Shown: piece after piece, positions 8,395 through 17,627 of the stretch | How the letters are laid out: the number at the start of each line of letters is the position of its first letter | Numbering within the stretch: the first letter of the stretch is position 1 | Virus record (IMG/VR): IMGVR_UViG_3300045411_000040 | Location: 1 to 30,500 of that record | Length of the DNA stretch: 30,500 nt | Reading direction: 5' to 3' (one strand) | From: a virus | Lineage: Duplodnaviria > Caudoviricetes | Made by a program: the position numbers and the translations under genes | Notes under the pieces: generated by a model | Told to the model about the DNA's origin: nothing | What the model saw: the letters and a program-made list of their open reading frames with translations, nothing else | The model's database searches: none

Positions 8395-9120
8395 CTAATC
8401 GCCCCAAAACTCAGCGTATCTTCCGTTTAAGTATGCGCCTACGTTTTCCATCCAATCAAGGGCTACGCCGTAGTTCTGCCTACCCATGTAATCGGCTTTT
8501 TGTCTCAGGCTTGTCCATTTACAAGAAAGTGAAGTTTCACACGTAGTGCAACCCTTATCATCGTTCAAATGTTCGGCAGCATAGAGAACGGCATCCTTTT
8601 CCAGGAAGTCATCCAGCTCATTCTTTAAGCCCCAAATGGACGAGAAATAGCGATTGACAAGTTTTTTCAGGTATTCTCCCCATGCTGGGTCTTGCCAACT
8701 ATACCGTCTTGCTCCTCTGTTCCATGCGTGGTAAAACTTTGTAGCGGGGTTGTTGACCGAGTAGACACCTTCTACAGATGATTCGATTTCAGCATCAAAG
8801 GCTGTTTCATTAAAGGGTTCTTTGATTACTTTCTCCTCAACTATGTCTGCGGACACTGTAGTATTATCTACCGCAACCGCAGTATTTTTTACTACCTGCC
8901 CGCCGTTAACTTTTGGGGATTCATCCTTTTTGCTGGAGCCGTTGAAGTTAAAGTTCTTTACAGCTGTATAGCCAAACCAGAATAAGAGAACTCCACCAGC
9001 CAGAGCAAACATTTTGTCTTGGTCATAATTGGCAGATGCTAAACTGAATAGGATTATCACAGCTATTACGGTAATCATCGGTTGCATTAAGCCCTTTATG
9101 AAGTTAAGTATCTTATCCAT
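8395..9120 (-). CDS. Holin-like two-TM N-terminus fused to a soluble domain
   Basis: Two TM helices ending LLFWFG, lysis-cassette position, SD AGGAGG. Confidence 0.5.
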   Translation of the reverse strand: MDKILNFIKGLMQPMITVIAVIILFSLASANYDQDKMFALAGGVLLFWFGYTAVKNFNFNGSSKKDESPKVNGGQVVKNTAVAVDNTTVSADIVEEKVIKEPFNETAFDAEIESSVEGVYSVNNPATKFYHAWNRGARRYSWQDPAWGEYLKKLVNRYFSSIWGLKNELDDFLEKDAVLYAAEHLNDDKGCTTCETSLSCKWTSLRQKADYMGRQNYGVALDWMENVGAYLNGRYAEFWGD

Positions 9121-9145
9121 TTTTACCTCCTATTTATTCTATATC

Positions 9146-9371
9146 TTAACTGGTTTTCTCCAGATTGTTGCTGCTCATTTTGTTGAACTCATGCTCATTT
9201 TGTGTAGCGGTGCACAAATGTTCGGCACGTTGCCGATAAACACAGCCTTCGATAGTGCATTTCCATATAGACCAGACAGGATTACCCGCATCATCTCGCT
9301 TTGTTATAACTCTCTTTAGCGGGACTTTATGTATTTGGCAATAAAGTTGATATGGTACGAAAACTCTCCAT
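9146..9371 (-). pseudogene. Frameshifted small Cys/His protein
   Basis: Removing one T from the T4 run at 9360-9363 joins ATG 9371 to an open frame MESFVPYQLYCQIHKVPL...WKCTIEGC...*. Confidence 0.4.
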
Positions 9372-9380
9372 GATTTTAAC

Positions 9381-9590
9381 CTACTTCCCTAAACCCAAAA
9401 CTGGGGAAACATATCTGACAAATTCCTCTCGTTGCCCTGAGTTCCATAAATCACAGGCTTTTTGTGCCCATTCATTGCCCTCAATAGCGCAAGAGGCGCA
9501 GGCTTCAAGCGCCTGAAGCACATCGGGGTTCAGCCCCAGCGCCAGATGCCGCATCTTCTGTATTTCGTTTTCAGTAAACATTTGCTCCAT
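9381..9590 (-). CDS. Small hypothetical protein
   Basis: 69 aa with CASC. TAATG overlap with the upstream gene. Confidence 0.6.
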   Translation of the reverse strand: MEQMFTENEIQKMRHLALGLNPDVLQALEACASCAIEGNEWAQKACDLWNSGQREEFVRYVSPVLGLGK

Positions 9591-9781
9591 TAACTTAGAC
9601 CCCTGAAAAATAAGGCAACCAATCCAAGCAAAATAGCGGATACAAGACCTAAAATTATCTTAGTTCTCTCATCAAGGCGGCTAACCTTTTCATAAAGACA
9701 TTTCAAGTGATTGTCCTTGATGTCAAAAACCATACCCTTTAATTCTTGTATCTCATCATTTTGCGTTCTTTTCTTTGGCAT
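9590..9781 (-). CDS. XhlA-like coiled-coil plus C-terminal TM protein (holin-like)
   Basis: 63 aa, NHL-containing amphipathic helix then IILGLVSAILLGLVALFF. First gene after the tail genes. Confidence 0.55.
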   Translation of the reverse strand: MPKKRTQNDEIQELKGMVFDIKDNHLKCLYEKVSRLDERTKIILGLVSAILLGLVALFFRGLS

Positions 9782-9796
9782 TGGAATATCCCTTTC

Positions 9797-12649
9797 TTAA
9801 ACGTCAATTAAGTATAAAATTTGTTGAAATCGTTCCCAAACTCCCCCCGCTACATTATAGGTAAAATCATAACCCGATACTCGATAATTTCGGTCTATCC
9901 CACAAGTATCATCTTTAATACTATATACATCCCATTGTTCCAACCCACAATTAGGTGGGGTAACTATCGAACTTAATTTTTGTTCCCGTTTAATTTTGGT
10001 GAGTAATCCATCTGCTACACTTTGCATACTCTCAGTGATATTAGAAGCAGAAAGAATTTGAAATTGATAACCACCCAATGCAATTTGCGTATTATCGGTA
10101 GCATCGCCATATATCGGATTGCCATCATCATCTTTGCCGATTGCTGCTATAAAGTTAGGTCGTAGCCCTGTGCCATATTTGCCAGTTAAAATATAGTGAA
10201 TAGGCGCAGCAATCCGATAACCTCTATCTGCGGTGGAAGTCTGTGAAGTCGCCCCCGTCATACTAACCACGCATTTAAAGTACCGCCCATTGCCAGTACT
10301 GGGCGCACTTGTGTCATTAAAGGGGTCAGTTACAGCGCCACTTATATTTGAATAATCGGCATCTGAATCGGCAGCAGACCTCTGCCATTGATAAGTCAAT
10401 GTGGTAGTTCCTTTATATCCCGTGTCAGTTGAACTATCCGCACTATTGCCAGTATCATTAAAGGCAACTACCTTGTAAGTTCGGGAACTGCCATTAGAGG
10501 CTGATTCCCCACTTAGGCTTAATGTAACATAGCTATACGAAGTACCATCGGAAGCCGCAGCCGTACCAGGTGTGATTGTTGGTGCTGAGGCAGCAGTATC
10601 ATCATAAGTAGCCACATTCCCCAATGTATCAAGTAGATTACTACCTTCATAAACTTTATACCCCGTTGCGCCTGTGGCTTTAGTCCACGTTATAGTTACC
10701 TTATTGGAGTAAGTCCCGTCAGTGGCGGCTACGTTGGTTGGGGCAGCAGGCTTAGTTAAAAAGGTTACTTCTGCGCCTTCGCCTGTTCCAATGGCGCTTG
10801 TAGCATAAGCTATATAATATATCGTAGTCCCCGTAGGGAGGGAGGTTAGACTTAGGGTATATGTTCCAATCCCAAAGTCGCCATCTTCATAAACATCGTT
10901 GCCATAAACCCCAGTACTTGTTCCCCACTTAAAACCCCGTCTAGTACAATTCCCCCCACTCCTCAAGTCCACTATTTCGCCATTCCCCGTAGCGGTGGTA
11001 GCTTCTATACTGGTTGCGGCATCAGTATCCACATCGGGGGTAGCGATTCGATAACCCCTATCAGCAGTCGAGGTTTGCGGGGTTGCACCTGTCATGCTCA
11101 CTACACATTTGAAATATCTACCACTTCCATCGCTAGGTGCCCCAGTGTCGTTATAGGGGTCGGTAGTCCCGCCATCTATGGCTGAATAATCAGCATCGGA
11201 ATCAGCAGCAGACCTTTGCCATTGGTAAGTTAGGGTAGTAGTACCCCGATAGCCTCGGTTATAGGCGGATGTAGCTTGTTCCGCACCTTCCGCATCTAAA
11301 ACACATTTGTAATATCTACCCTCTCCATTAGAAGCAGTTTCCCCAGATAAACTTAAGGTTACATATGATTGAGAAGTACCATCGGAAGCCGCAGCTGTAC
11401 CAGCCGTAATAGTTGGTGCTGGGGCAGCCGTATCGTTATGAGTGGAAGATGTAGCCCCAACTATATTAGAGTAATCTGTATTGCTATCAGCTGCGCTTTT
11501 TTGCCACTGATAAGTTAAACTCCCCACGCCACGATAGCCTGCATTGGTAGAGCTATCGCTACTATTACCCGTGGCATTGAAGGCTACGACTTTATATGTC
11601 CTAGATGTACCATTATTGGTAGATGTTCCACTTAAAGATAGGGCGACATGGGAAGGCGAATCGCCATCAGTAGCCACTGTAGACCCAGCCGTAATAGTTG
11701 GTGCTGGGGCAGCCGTGTCATTATAAGTAGCCACATCGCCAAGAGTGTCAAGTAAATTGCTTCCTTCGTATACTTTATATCCAGTAGCGCCAGTTGATTT
11801 TGTCCATGTTATAGTTACCTTATCGGTATAAGTACCATCGCTCGCTGCCACGTTGGTTGGGGCAGCTGGTTTGGTTAAAAATGTTACCTCATCGCCATAA
11901 CCCCAATTGCCATTATCATTTTCGGCGCAAGCCCTAACATAATATGTAGTTCCTGAATTATAAGTACCAGCATCATAATCAAATGTTTCGGCGATAAAAG
12001 TCCCTACTTCAGTCCAATTATTCGCATATCCTGAAGATGCTGGAGCCACATTGCCTGGGTCGCCATGACTTGAAGTATCCCAAACAAAACCCCGTTCGGT
12101 AATATCGGTATCATTGATTGTCGTTACTTCGCCATTCAGTGTGGCGGTGGTAGCTTCAACGCTGGAAGCAGCGGCAGTATCTAGTATGGGGGCGGCTTCT
12201 TCAATACCCCAACCAGCCGTCAGGTCATAATAAAAATTATCTGTTGTTAGTCCCGTTGGGGGGTCATTAGCGGAAAAGGTAAAGGTTGCATATGTTGCCG
12301 TTTTATACCTATAGGCGTGAGCGGCTATACCATATTGTCCAACATTGGCATTATCGAAACAAATCCCCAGCCAATAGTCGGTACTTACTGTTATAGGGGT
12401 CGAGGTGAAAGTTAATGTATTTGCCCCGCTAGAGACAGCCTGTCCCGTTTCCATTGCGGTAATTAAAGCGCCTGGTGCGCCTGAGTTATCGGCGTATAGG
12501 GCACATTTAACATTCCCTGAAGCCCCTGCCACAAATTTAAACTCAGTCATATTGCCAGTAGCTACGGCTGTCCATTTAGTTAATCTAAAAAGACCCGCTA
12601 TCTCATTTGAGCCAGAGGAAGCATCACTACCGAGAAGTTTAATTGTCAT
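9797..12649 (-). CDS. Tail adhesin/fibre with repeated Ig/FN3-like domains and a C-terminal tail-hub-like domain
   Basis: 950 aa, Thr/Ala/Ser-rich, with repeats PAAPTNVAA..VTITWTK..GYKVY and YQWQ.SAADS. Confidence 0.8.
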   Translation of the reverse strand: MTIKLLGSDASSGSNEIAGLFRLTKWTAVATGNMTEFKFVAGASGNVKCALYADNSGAPGALITAMETGQAVSSGANTLTFTSTPITVSTDYWLGICFDNANVGQYGIAAHAYRYKTATYATFTFSANDPPTGLTTDNFYYDLTAGWGIEEAAPILDTAAASSVEATTATLNGEVTTINDTDITERGFVWDTSSHGDPGNVAPASSGYANNWTEVGTFIAETFDYDAGTYNSGTTYYVRACAENDNGNWGYGDEVTFLTKPAAPTNVAASDGTYTDKVTITWTKSTGATGYKVYEGSNLLDTLGDVATYNDTAAPAPTITAGSTVATDGDSPSHVALSLSGTSTNNGTSRTYKVVAFNATGNSSDSSTNAGYRGVGSLTYQWQKSAADSNTDYSNIVGATSSTHNDTAAPAPTITAGTAAASDGTSQSYVTLSLSGETASNGEGRYYKCVLDAEGAEQATSAYNRGYRGTTTLTYQWQRSAADSDADYSAIDGGTTDPYNDTGAPSDGSGRYFKCVVSMTGATPQTSTADRGYRIATPDVDTDAATSIEATTATGNGEIVDLRSGGNCTRRGFKWGTSTGVYGNDVYEDGDFGIGTYTLSLTSLPTGTTIYYIAYATSAIGTGEGAEVTFLTKPAAPTNVAATDGTYSNKVTITWTKATGATGYKVYEGSNLLDTLGNVATYDDTAASAPTITPGTAAASDGTSYSYVTLSLSGESASNGSSRTYKVVAFNDTGNSADSSTDTGYKGTTTLTYQWQRSAADSDADYSNISGAVTDPFNDTSAPSTGNGRYFKCVVSMTGATSQTSTADRGYRIAAPIHYILTGKYGTGLRPNFIAAIGKDDDGNPIYGDATDNTQIALGGYQFQILSASNITESMQSVADGLLTKIKREQKLSSIVTPPNCGLEQWDVYSIKDDTCGIDRNYRVSGYDFTYNVAGGVWERFQQILYLIDV
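10208..12170 (-). repeat. Intragenic tandem duplications in the adhesin gene
   Basis: Two large units (~12170-11043 and ~11040-10208). Exact 32-bp repeat at 11400-11431 / 11685-11716 and exact 23-bp repeat at 10539-10561 / 11373-11395. Confidence 0.85.
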
Positions 12650-12660
12650 TTGTTTCCTTT

Positions 12661-14559
12661 CTAAGATGTAAAGGCATAAGAATAGGTTGATTCATCGCTT
12701 GCTTGGGGATAACTAATCGTTGCATCCGCCCCGAAAAAGCGGATAACATCGGGGACATATTCAAACAACTGCTTCATAGCATCGCCAGCAGTCCCCCCAG
12801 GTCGAATATAAATCGCTGGGGTTAGTGAAGTTATAAGGCTACTTCGAGATTCATAGCTTAAAGTCCCACCGATTGCCTGAACTAAAAAATCCACCATTTC
12901 ATAGATGGTATATTGGTCATAGTGGACATTCCATTCAACAGTAGATGTAAAGATATATTTATCCAATTTTGCCCAAGCATTAACGCAGAGCAATGCTAAG
13001 CGGCTTATCCCCGCCTCTCGGAAAAATTGATAATTTTCCAAAAAATACCTTGCTGATTCCGAATATTCATCCCCACTTGCTGTATTATAGCCGATAAAAA
13101 CATTTATTCGGCTTCCAAGATTTAGAGGGGTTAAATCCCCCGTCCCAATAGTTGCATATTGCCCCGAACTATTATCGAGAATAAATAATTGACCCGATGC
13201 TTCCCCGTCCCTAACCTGCTCAGTAATACTTATAATATCCGCCTGATTGATGGTTATCTTATCCCCCGCACCAGTTCCTGCGCTCGGTACTTCCCAGAGA
13301 TAATGACTGGGCGCTCGCCAAACCTCGGAAGGTTGACAGGCATATATCCACGTATCATCGGCTGCCAGTGCCATGCCAAAGGTAGCAGTATTAGCCAATA
13401 CACGGGCATCAGCAAAAAGCCCTTCCTCAAAAGTCGTCCCTGGTTTCAGGAGATAAAAGTAACTATTCCCATCATGGAATAGCGCCATAATTACTCCTGA
13501 ATAACTTTTAACAATGAAAACTTGGGCACAAAGAATTGTGGTAGGGTGTGCGATTTGGTGGATATTCAAAGTTGGATTATGGGTTACATCGGCAAAGATT
13601 CTCGAAACGTGTTTAATTCTAGCCAAGCTCCTAGTAGCTTCATCTAATGAGGATTGGGTAACTTTACCTCCTGACAAGAATAATAATGGGGATACGGTTT
13701 CTGGCGAGGGTGTTCGCCACGATACGGTTTCTAAATTTATCGTTTCAGGTGTGATAATTTTGGTATCCGTAAAACTTATTTCCTCAATATAATCCCATAT
13801 GTTTGTAATATCATCAAAAATCACCGCGTAGATATAGGTAACTTCTGTTACCATAGTTAACACTATTATATTCCAATCGGTATCAAAATACATGGCTAAC
13901 CCACACCAAATATTGCCATCTTCGCCCACTCCAAACTCATACCAGTTTCCCCAACTTCCAGAAATCCGCTTTTTTATCGCCAGATAAAATCTCCCCCCCC
14001 ACCCCAGCATCCCATCAGCCACAAGGGCGCAATCACCATTGGGTTTATATGCCAATGAGATATATGTCCCCACCCGCCCAAAAGCGGGGGGGACATGGGC
14101 ATAGAGAGTATAGCTTCCCCAAATTCCTGTTTGTGTCCAACTTCCCCACGTTGCACCATTGTCTGTAGAGACTTTAATCCCCTTTTCGCAGACAATTAGC
14201 ATTTCGGTTGTGGCTGGATTAGAGGCTATAGCCACACAATTATAAGTTAATCCCGTTTCGAGAATTGTCCATGTAGAGTAATCTGATTCCGTGGTAGGTG
14301 TAGCGATTCTTTGATGATACAATTTATTATCTGTTCCGATATAAACTCTATTCAATGAACCATCGTTGCCTAGCGCTACACCATGTTGTGAATCAGTATA
14401 TTCAGTCCCGCCATCATGGAGTTTAAACATTTCCAGCCCTGTTATTGCTTCCCCACCCGTAGAAGACGGGTAGCCAAAAGTTTGAGCCTCTAATTTAACA
14501 AGTGGTGTGCCATCACAAAGTTTTTGCTTTTCTAGCAAAGTTTCTGTAAGTGAACGCAT
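12661..14559 (-). CDS. Tail protein (beta-propeller-like N-terminal part, hub-like C-terminal part)
   Basis: 632 aa with Asp-box STDNGATW, between the adaptor and the adhesin. Confidence 0.7.
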   Translation of the reverse strand: MRSLTETLLEKQKLCDGTPLVKLEAQTFGYPSSTGGEAITGLEMFKLHDGGTEYTDSQHGVALGNDGSLNRVYIGTDNKLYHQRIATPTTESDYSTWTILETGLTYNCVAIASNPATTEMLIVCEKGIKVSTDNGATWGSWTQTGIWGSYTLYAHVPPAFGRVGTYISLAYKPNGDCALVADGMLGWGGRFYLAIKKRISGSWGNWYEFGVGEDGNIWCGLAMYFDTDWNIIVLTMVTEVTYIYAVIFDDITNIWDYIEEISFTDTKIITPETINLETVSWRTPSPETVSPLLFLSGGKVTQSSLDEATRSLARIKHVSRIFADVTHNPTLNIHQIAHPTTILCAQVFIVKSYSGVIMALFHDGNSYFYLLKPGTTFEEGLFADARVLANTATFGMALAADDTWIYACQPSEVWRAPSHYLWEVPSAGTGAGDKITINQADIISITEQVRDGEASGQLFILDNSSGQYATIGTGDLTPLNLGSRINVFIGYNTASGDEYSESARYFLENYQFFREAGISRLALLCVNAWAKLDKYIFTSTVEWNVHYDQYTIYEMVDFLVQAIGGTLSYESRSSLITSLTPAIYIRPGGTAGDAMKQLFEYVPDVIRFFGADATISYPQASDESTYSYAFTS

Positions 14560-15801
14560 TTATCCCCTCGAACTTCTATATGTGATTCCATCAGCAATCC
14601 GACCCATTTTGCCGAGGGCAACTTGGTATTGTTGCCATTTCTTGTCTGCCCATGATTGATATGCCCGAACTAGATTATTAACATTGATTGCTTGCTCAGC
14701 GTGAGCTATATAGGCTTGCGCCTGGTTTGTGTAAGTTGCTCCACCCGATAATTCTTGTACGGCAAGTTGAAGGTAATCACTGTTGGTTTTAGCGCTATCA
14801 AGATATGACCTAGCTTTATCTAATCTCCCTGCCCCTTCTTGAACACGAGTCCTTGCCATTTCCACGTAATGCCCTGCCACATCTTCGCCAGGGTTAGGTT
14901 GGTTGACATAGGTTATAGCTGAGGTAATATGTGTTCCTATGGCATCAAGGGCGGTCTCGACATCTGCCAAAGTATTAGAATATGAAGTCAAATCAGCACC
15001 GAGATTAGTACGCCCTGTTGAAAGGTCTGATATGGCTTGGGTAATTCTGGCTGAGACATTGCCTATTGCTGTGGCGGCACTGGCTAGTTTGGATGTTATA
15101 TCCGTCATTTTAAGTTGTGCATAATTGGCAGCATATTCGGTAGCGGCATGAGCTACCACGCCCAGAATCATTGTAGCGTCATGCGAGGTAGGCAGGTCGG
15201 AAGTTGAGGAAACAGTATAATCCCCGCCGTAAATTATCCGAGCACAACTTAAATAATCACGATATTTAGTTAAGTTAATTGTATCCGCCGCAGTTGATTC
15301 TTCAAAGGGTTGGTCTAACGTTAAGGCAGTATTGCTTACCACCTTAGCTATACAGTAATATTTCGTGCCACTCGATTTACAAATTAAGTCGCCATCAGAT
15401 AACTCGCTCGCAAAAGCTGTACCCGACCCCGTAACGCTTCGGCTATTTATTGTGAATGTAACTGTCCCCGTAAGCGTTCCGCTGGTAATATCGGGGATTT
15501 CTTCAAGGTCGAGCATTATAGTTGAACCGAATGTGGTGAATCTACGATAAATAGGCTCGTAGGGGTCATTGCCGACAGGGTATTCCACCCTGATAATATC
15601 CCGCATGGTAAGAGGGCTTACATCAATGTCCTTAGTGTATTGAATGATAGCTAGATTGGCTCTTTTTAAAAGCGGTTCTTCATTAGCCATTTCCCGAAGA
15701 ACGTTATCGAGGATTGTCCCCAATTCATCATCAGTCCATGCGCTTGCTACAGGTTCTTTTAATGCCTGCCTCACGGCAGTTACTACGGCAGTTCTAATCA
15801 T
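14560..15801 (-). CDS. Head-tail adaptor-like protein with inserted beta domain and coiled-coil
   Basis: Start VRQALKEP..AWTDDEL is typical of adaptor/neck proteins. Position after the capsid cluster. Confidence 0.6.
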   Translation of the reverse strand: MIRTAVVTAVRQALKEPVASAWTDDELGTILDNVLREMANEEPLLKRANLAIIQYTKDIDVSPLTMRDIIRVEYPVGNDPYEPIYRRFTTFGSTIMLDLEEIPDITSGTLTGTVTFTINSRSVTGSGTAFASELSDGDLICKSSGTKYYCIAKVVSNTALTLDQPFEESTAADTINLTKYRDYLSCARIIYGGDYTVSSTSDLPTSHDATMILGVVAHAATEYAANYAQLKMTDITSKLASAATAIGNVSARITQAISDLSTGRTNLGADLTSYSNTLADVETALDAIGTHITSAITYVNQPNPGEDVAGHYVEMARTRVQEGAGRLDKARSYLDSAKTNSDYLQLAVQELSGGATYTNQAQAYIAHAEQAINVNNLVRAYQSWADKKWQQYQVALGKMGRIADGITYRSSRG

Positions 15802-15941
15802 TTGCCTTTCCTCTTTTTGATTTCTCCAGCATGGCTTTTGCCACTTTTGTCATAACAAACATGCATATATTTATCATCCTTTAACTTGATTGTCCTAACA
15901 CGCCCGCCTTCCCTAACGCACCTTTCAAAATCTGCTGGCAT
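15798..15941 (-). CDS. Small basic protein (47 aa, not in ORF track)
   Basis: MPADFERCVREGGRVRTIKLKDDKYMHVCYDKSGKSHAGEIKKRKGK*. SD GAGGAG, ATGA overlap with the next gene. Confidence 0.75.
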   Translation of the reverse strand: MPADFERCVREGGRVRTIKLKDDKYMHVCYDKSGKSHAGEIKKRKGK

Positions 15942-15957
15942 TTAAATCTCCTCAAAT

Positions 15958-16161
15958 TTATTCCACATACGGGTTATGCCACCTGCGGGGGTTATCATGC
16001 GTTAAGCCATCCAAACACCACGTATAGGTTGCATTAACTAGGGATATTATCTTTGGAGCAAGACGGTGGCACTGAGGACATGGCGCATTTTGCCTATCCT
16101 CGAAGGGTTGCCTATATTCAAACTTCCCGCAATCGGGACATTGATATTCATAGAGTGGCAT
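15958..16161 (-). CDS. FmdB-family zinc-ribbon protein
   Basis: MPLYEYQCPDCG...CPQC. Confidence 0.85.
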   Translation of the reverse strand: MPLYEYQCPDCGKFEYRQPFEDRQNAPCPQCHRLAPKIISLVNATYTWCLDGLTHDNPRRWHNPYVE

Positions 16162-16169
16162 TTAATCTC

Positions 16170-16499
16170 TTAACTTCCCGTAGGTTTAGTTATTTTTATA
16201 AATTGAATATCCCCGCATTTAGGGCATCGACAATCAAGGGCATTAAGTTGCATTGCATCATTCCCGCAATCAGGACACTTCATTAGCGAATCCCTTGAAA
16301 TAGATGGCTTCTTTTCCTCAATGTGTAGCGCTACGCTTTCAACGATTACGGGCTCAGATACAATCTCCTGTGTGGTCTCTATTTCTGAATCAAGGGATTG
16401 GGGAACAACTGCATCGAGATTTTTGGGATTTTGAGAACACATATTGATATGCCTGCCATCTATCCCTGCCTTCCCGCAAAATGGACAATCTTGTTTCAT
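16170..16499 (-). CDS. Zinc-finger protein
   Basis: CPFC..H..C at the N-terminus, CPDC...CPKC at the C-terminus. SD AAGGAG. Confidence 0.7.
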   Translation of the reverse strand: MKQDCPFCGKAGIDGRHINMCSQNPKNLDAVVPQSLDSEIETTQEIVSEPVIVESVALHIEEKKPSISRDSLMKCPDCGNDAMQLNALDCRCPKCGDIQFIKITKPTGS

Positions 16500-16508
16500 A
16501 ATTCTCCT

Positions 16509-16808
16509 TTACACATAGCCCACTGTAACGACACAACTAGTGGTAGATACATCGAGATAGATACCTGTGCCGAAGTAAATCGGTGGGTCAAATACGAAAT
16601 GTGCAATACTGTCGCCATTGAACTTAATGCCCCATTTATCCGTGCCGCTATTATTTGTACTATCGTTTAACTCAACCTCCAAGTCGGCTGTATCGCTAAC
16701 GCTAATCCAGAAAACTACACCTGGCGCACTTTTTATTGCCGTGTCTCCAGATACTTTACTCGTTTCACAACACGCCGTGTTTTCCCAGTTGTATTTAGGT
16801 ACTGCCAT
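16509..16808 (-). CDS. Small beta-rich virion protein
   Basis: 99 aa, SD GGAGG, structural cluster. Confidence 0.65.
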   Translation of the reverse strand: MAVPKYNWENTACCETSKVSGDTAIKSAPGVVFWISVSDTADLEVELNDSTNNSGTDKWGIKFNGDSIAHFVFDPPIYFGTGIYLDVSTTSCVVTVGYV

Positions 16809-16817
16809 ATTAACCTC

Positions 16818-17177
16818 CTATTCTAATTCCTCGACCTCAAGTTCAATCACTATTCCCTTTTTGACCTTGAGTTTTCTTATATAATGGGTCTGTGAATCAA
16901 ACTCCCCCGTTATGCCCTCATCATCGTCTGCGCTAACCACCCCTATAAAATTGACATCCCCAAAATCCCCGCTAAAATCCCCGCTAAAAACCACCTGTTC
17001 CCATGTAAGTGGGTCTAAATCTACAGCCTTATAAAAGGTATTATTGGAAGGTTTGAACCATAGGAATCCCAAATCAACTCCTGAAAAGCCGCTTAGGACA
17101 AGGGGTTCACCTTCGATAATTTCTACTTCTTGTTCTTCAGGCTGGGTTTCACTCACAATAACCTTACATCTAGCCAT
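16818..17177 (-). CDS. Acidic hypothetical protein, probably structural
   Basis: 119 aa, SD GAGGTG. Confidence 0.65.
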   Translation of the reverse strand: MARCKVIVSETQPEEQEVEIIEGEPLVLSGFSGVDLGFLWFKPSNNTFYKAVDLDPLTWEQVVFSGDFSGDFGDVNFIGVVSADDDEGITGEFDSQTHYIRKLKVKKGIVIELEVEELE

Positions 17178-17186
17178 TTTATCACC

Positions 17187-17582
17187 TCATAATTTTTCCC
17201 CCAATGCTGCTAGGATTTGGGGTAAATCAAGGGCGAATAATTTCGCCCCAACGTCATTATTTTTCATCTGCTTAATAATCCAATCATATTCATTATCTTC
17301 CAGAATAAGTTTATCCTGGCAATTCAATTTATCTCGTATCTTAAGAGCTATCTGAATATTATCTATGGTCATCCTATCTCTAGGGTAGGAACGGATTAAA
17401 ATATTTATAACGTCAATTATCGTGGCATCTTTGACCACGGGTTCTTCTATGAGTTTCCCCGTCATGTCCCTAATGCCCCGCTTATTCTCCTCCATTATAG
17501 GTTCGCCCAAGTCATCATAAGCCACGCATTTAATGGGCTTGCCATAGAAATCGGGGATTATTTTTATACATATTTCCTTCAT
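17187..17582 (-). CDS. Hypothetical protein (possible fibre chaperone)
   Basis: 131 aa, SD AAGGAG, directly after the fibre-like gene. Confidence 0.6.
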   Translation of the reverse strand: MKEICIKIIPDFYGKPIKCVAYDDLGEPIMEENKRGIRDMTGKLIEEPVVKDATIIDVINILIRSYPRDRMTIDNIQIALKIRDKLNCQDKLILEDNEYDWIIKQMKNNDVGAKLFALDLPQILAALGEKL

Positions 17583-17593
17583 AAACTCCTTAA

Positions 17594-17627
17594 TGGCGGT
17601 TGATTAAGGCTCAACCGCCAAAGCCTT
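17594..17627 (-). other. Hairpin / possible H-type pseudoknot after the capsid-decoration genes
   Basis: Perfect 10-bp stem TGGCGGTTGA/TCAACCGCCA (17594-17603, 17611-17620). The loop is complementary to the flank at 17622-17627. Confidence 0.65.

Noticed and set aside
9381-9396. G-GGT-TTA -1 slippery site at the end of the 69-aa ORF
   Set aside because: The -1 frame hits TAA within a few codons.
9797-12649. Diversity-generating retroelement acting on the adhesin
   Set aside because: No reverse transcriptase. The repeats are in-frame coding duplications without adenine-specific differences.
12650-12663. TAG readthrough or alternative genetic code joining the tail genes
   Set aside because: The ORFs are 11 nt apart (out of frame), the second has its own SD, and TAG acts as a normal stop elsewhere.
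17594-17620. Intrinsic terminator
   Set aside because: No U-tract on the coding strand. Reported as a hairpin/pseudoknot instead.
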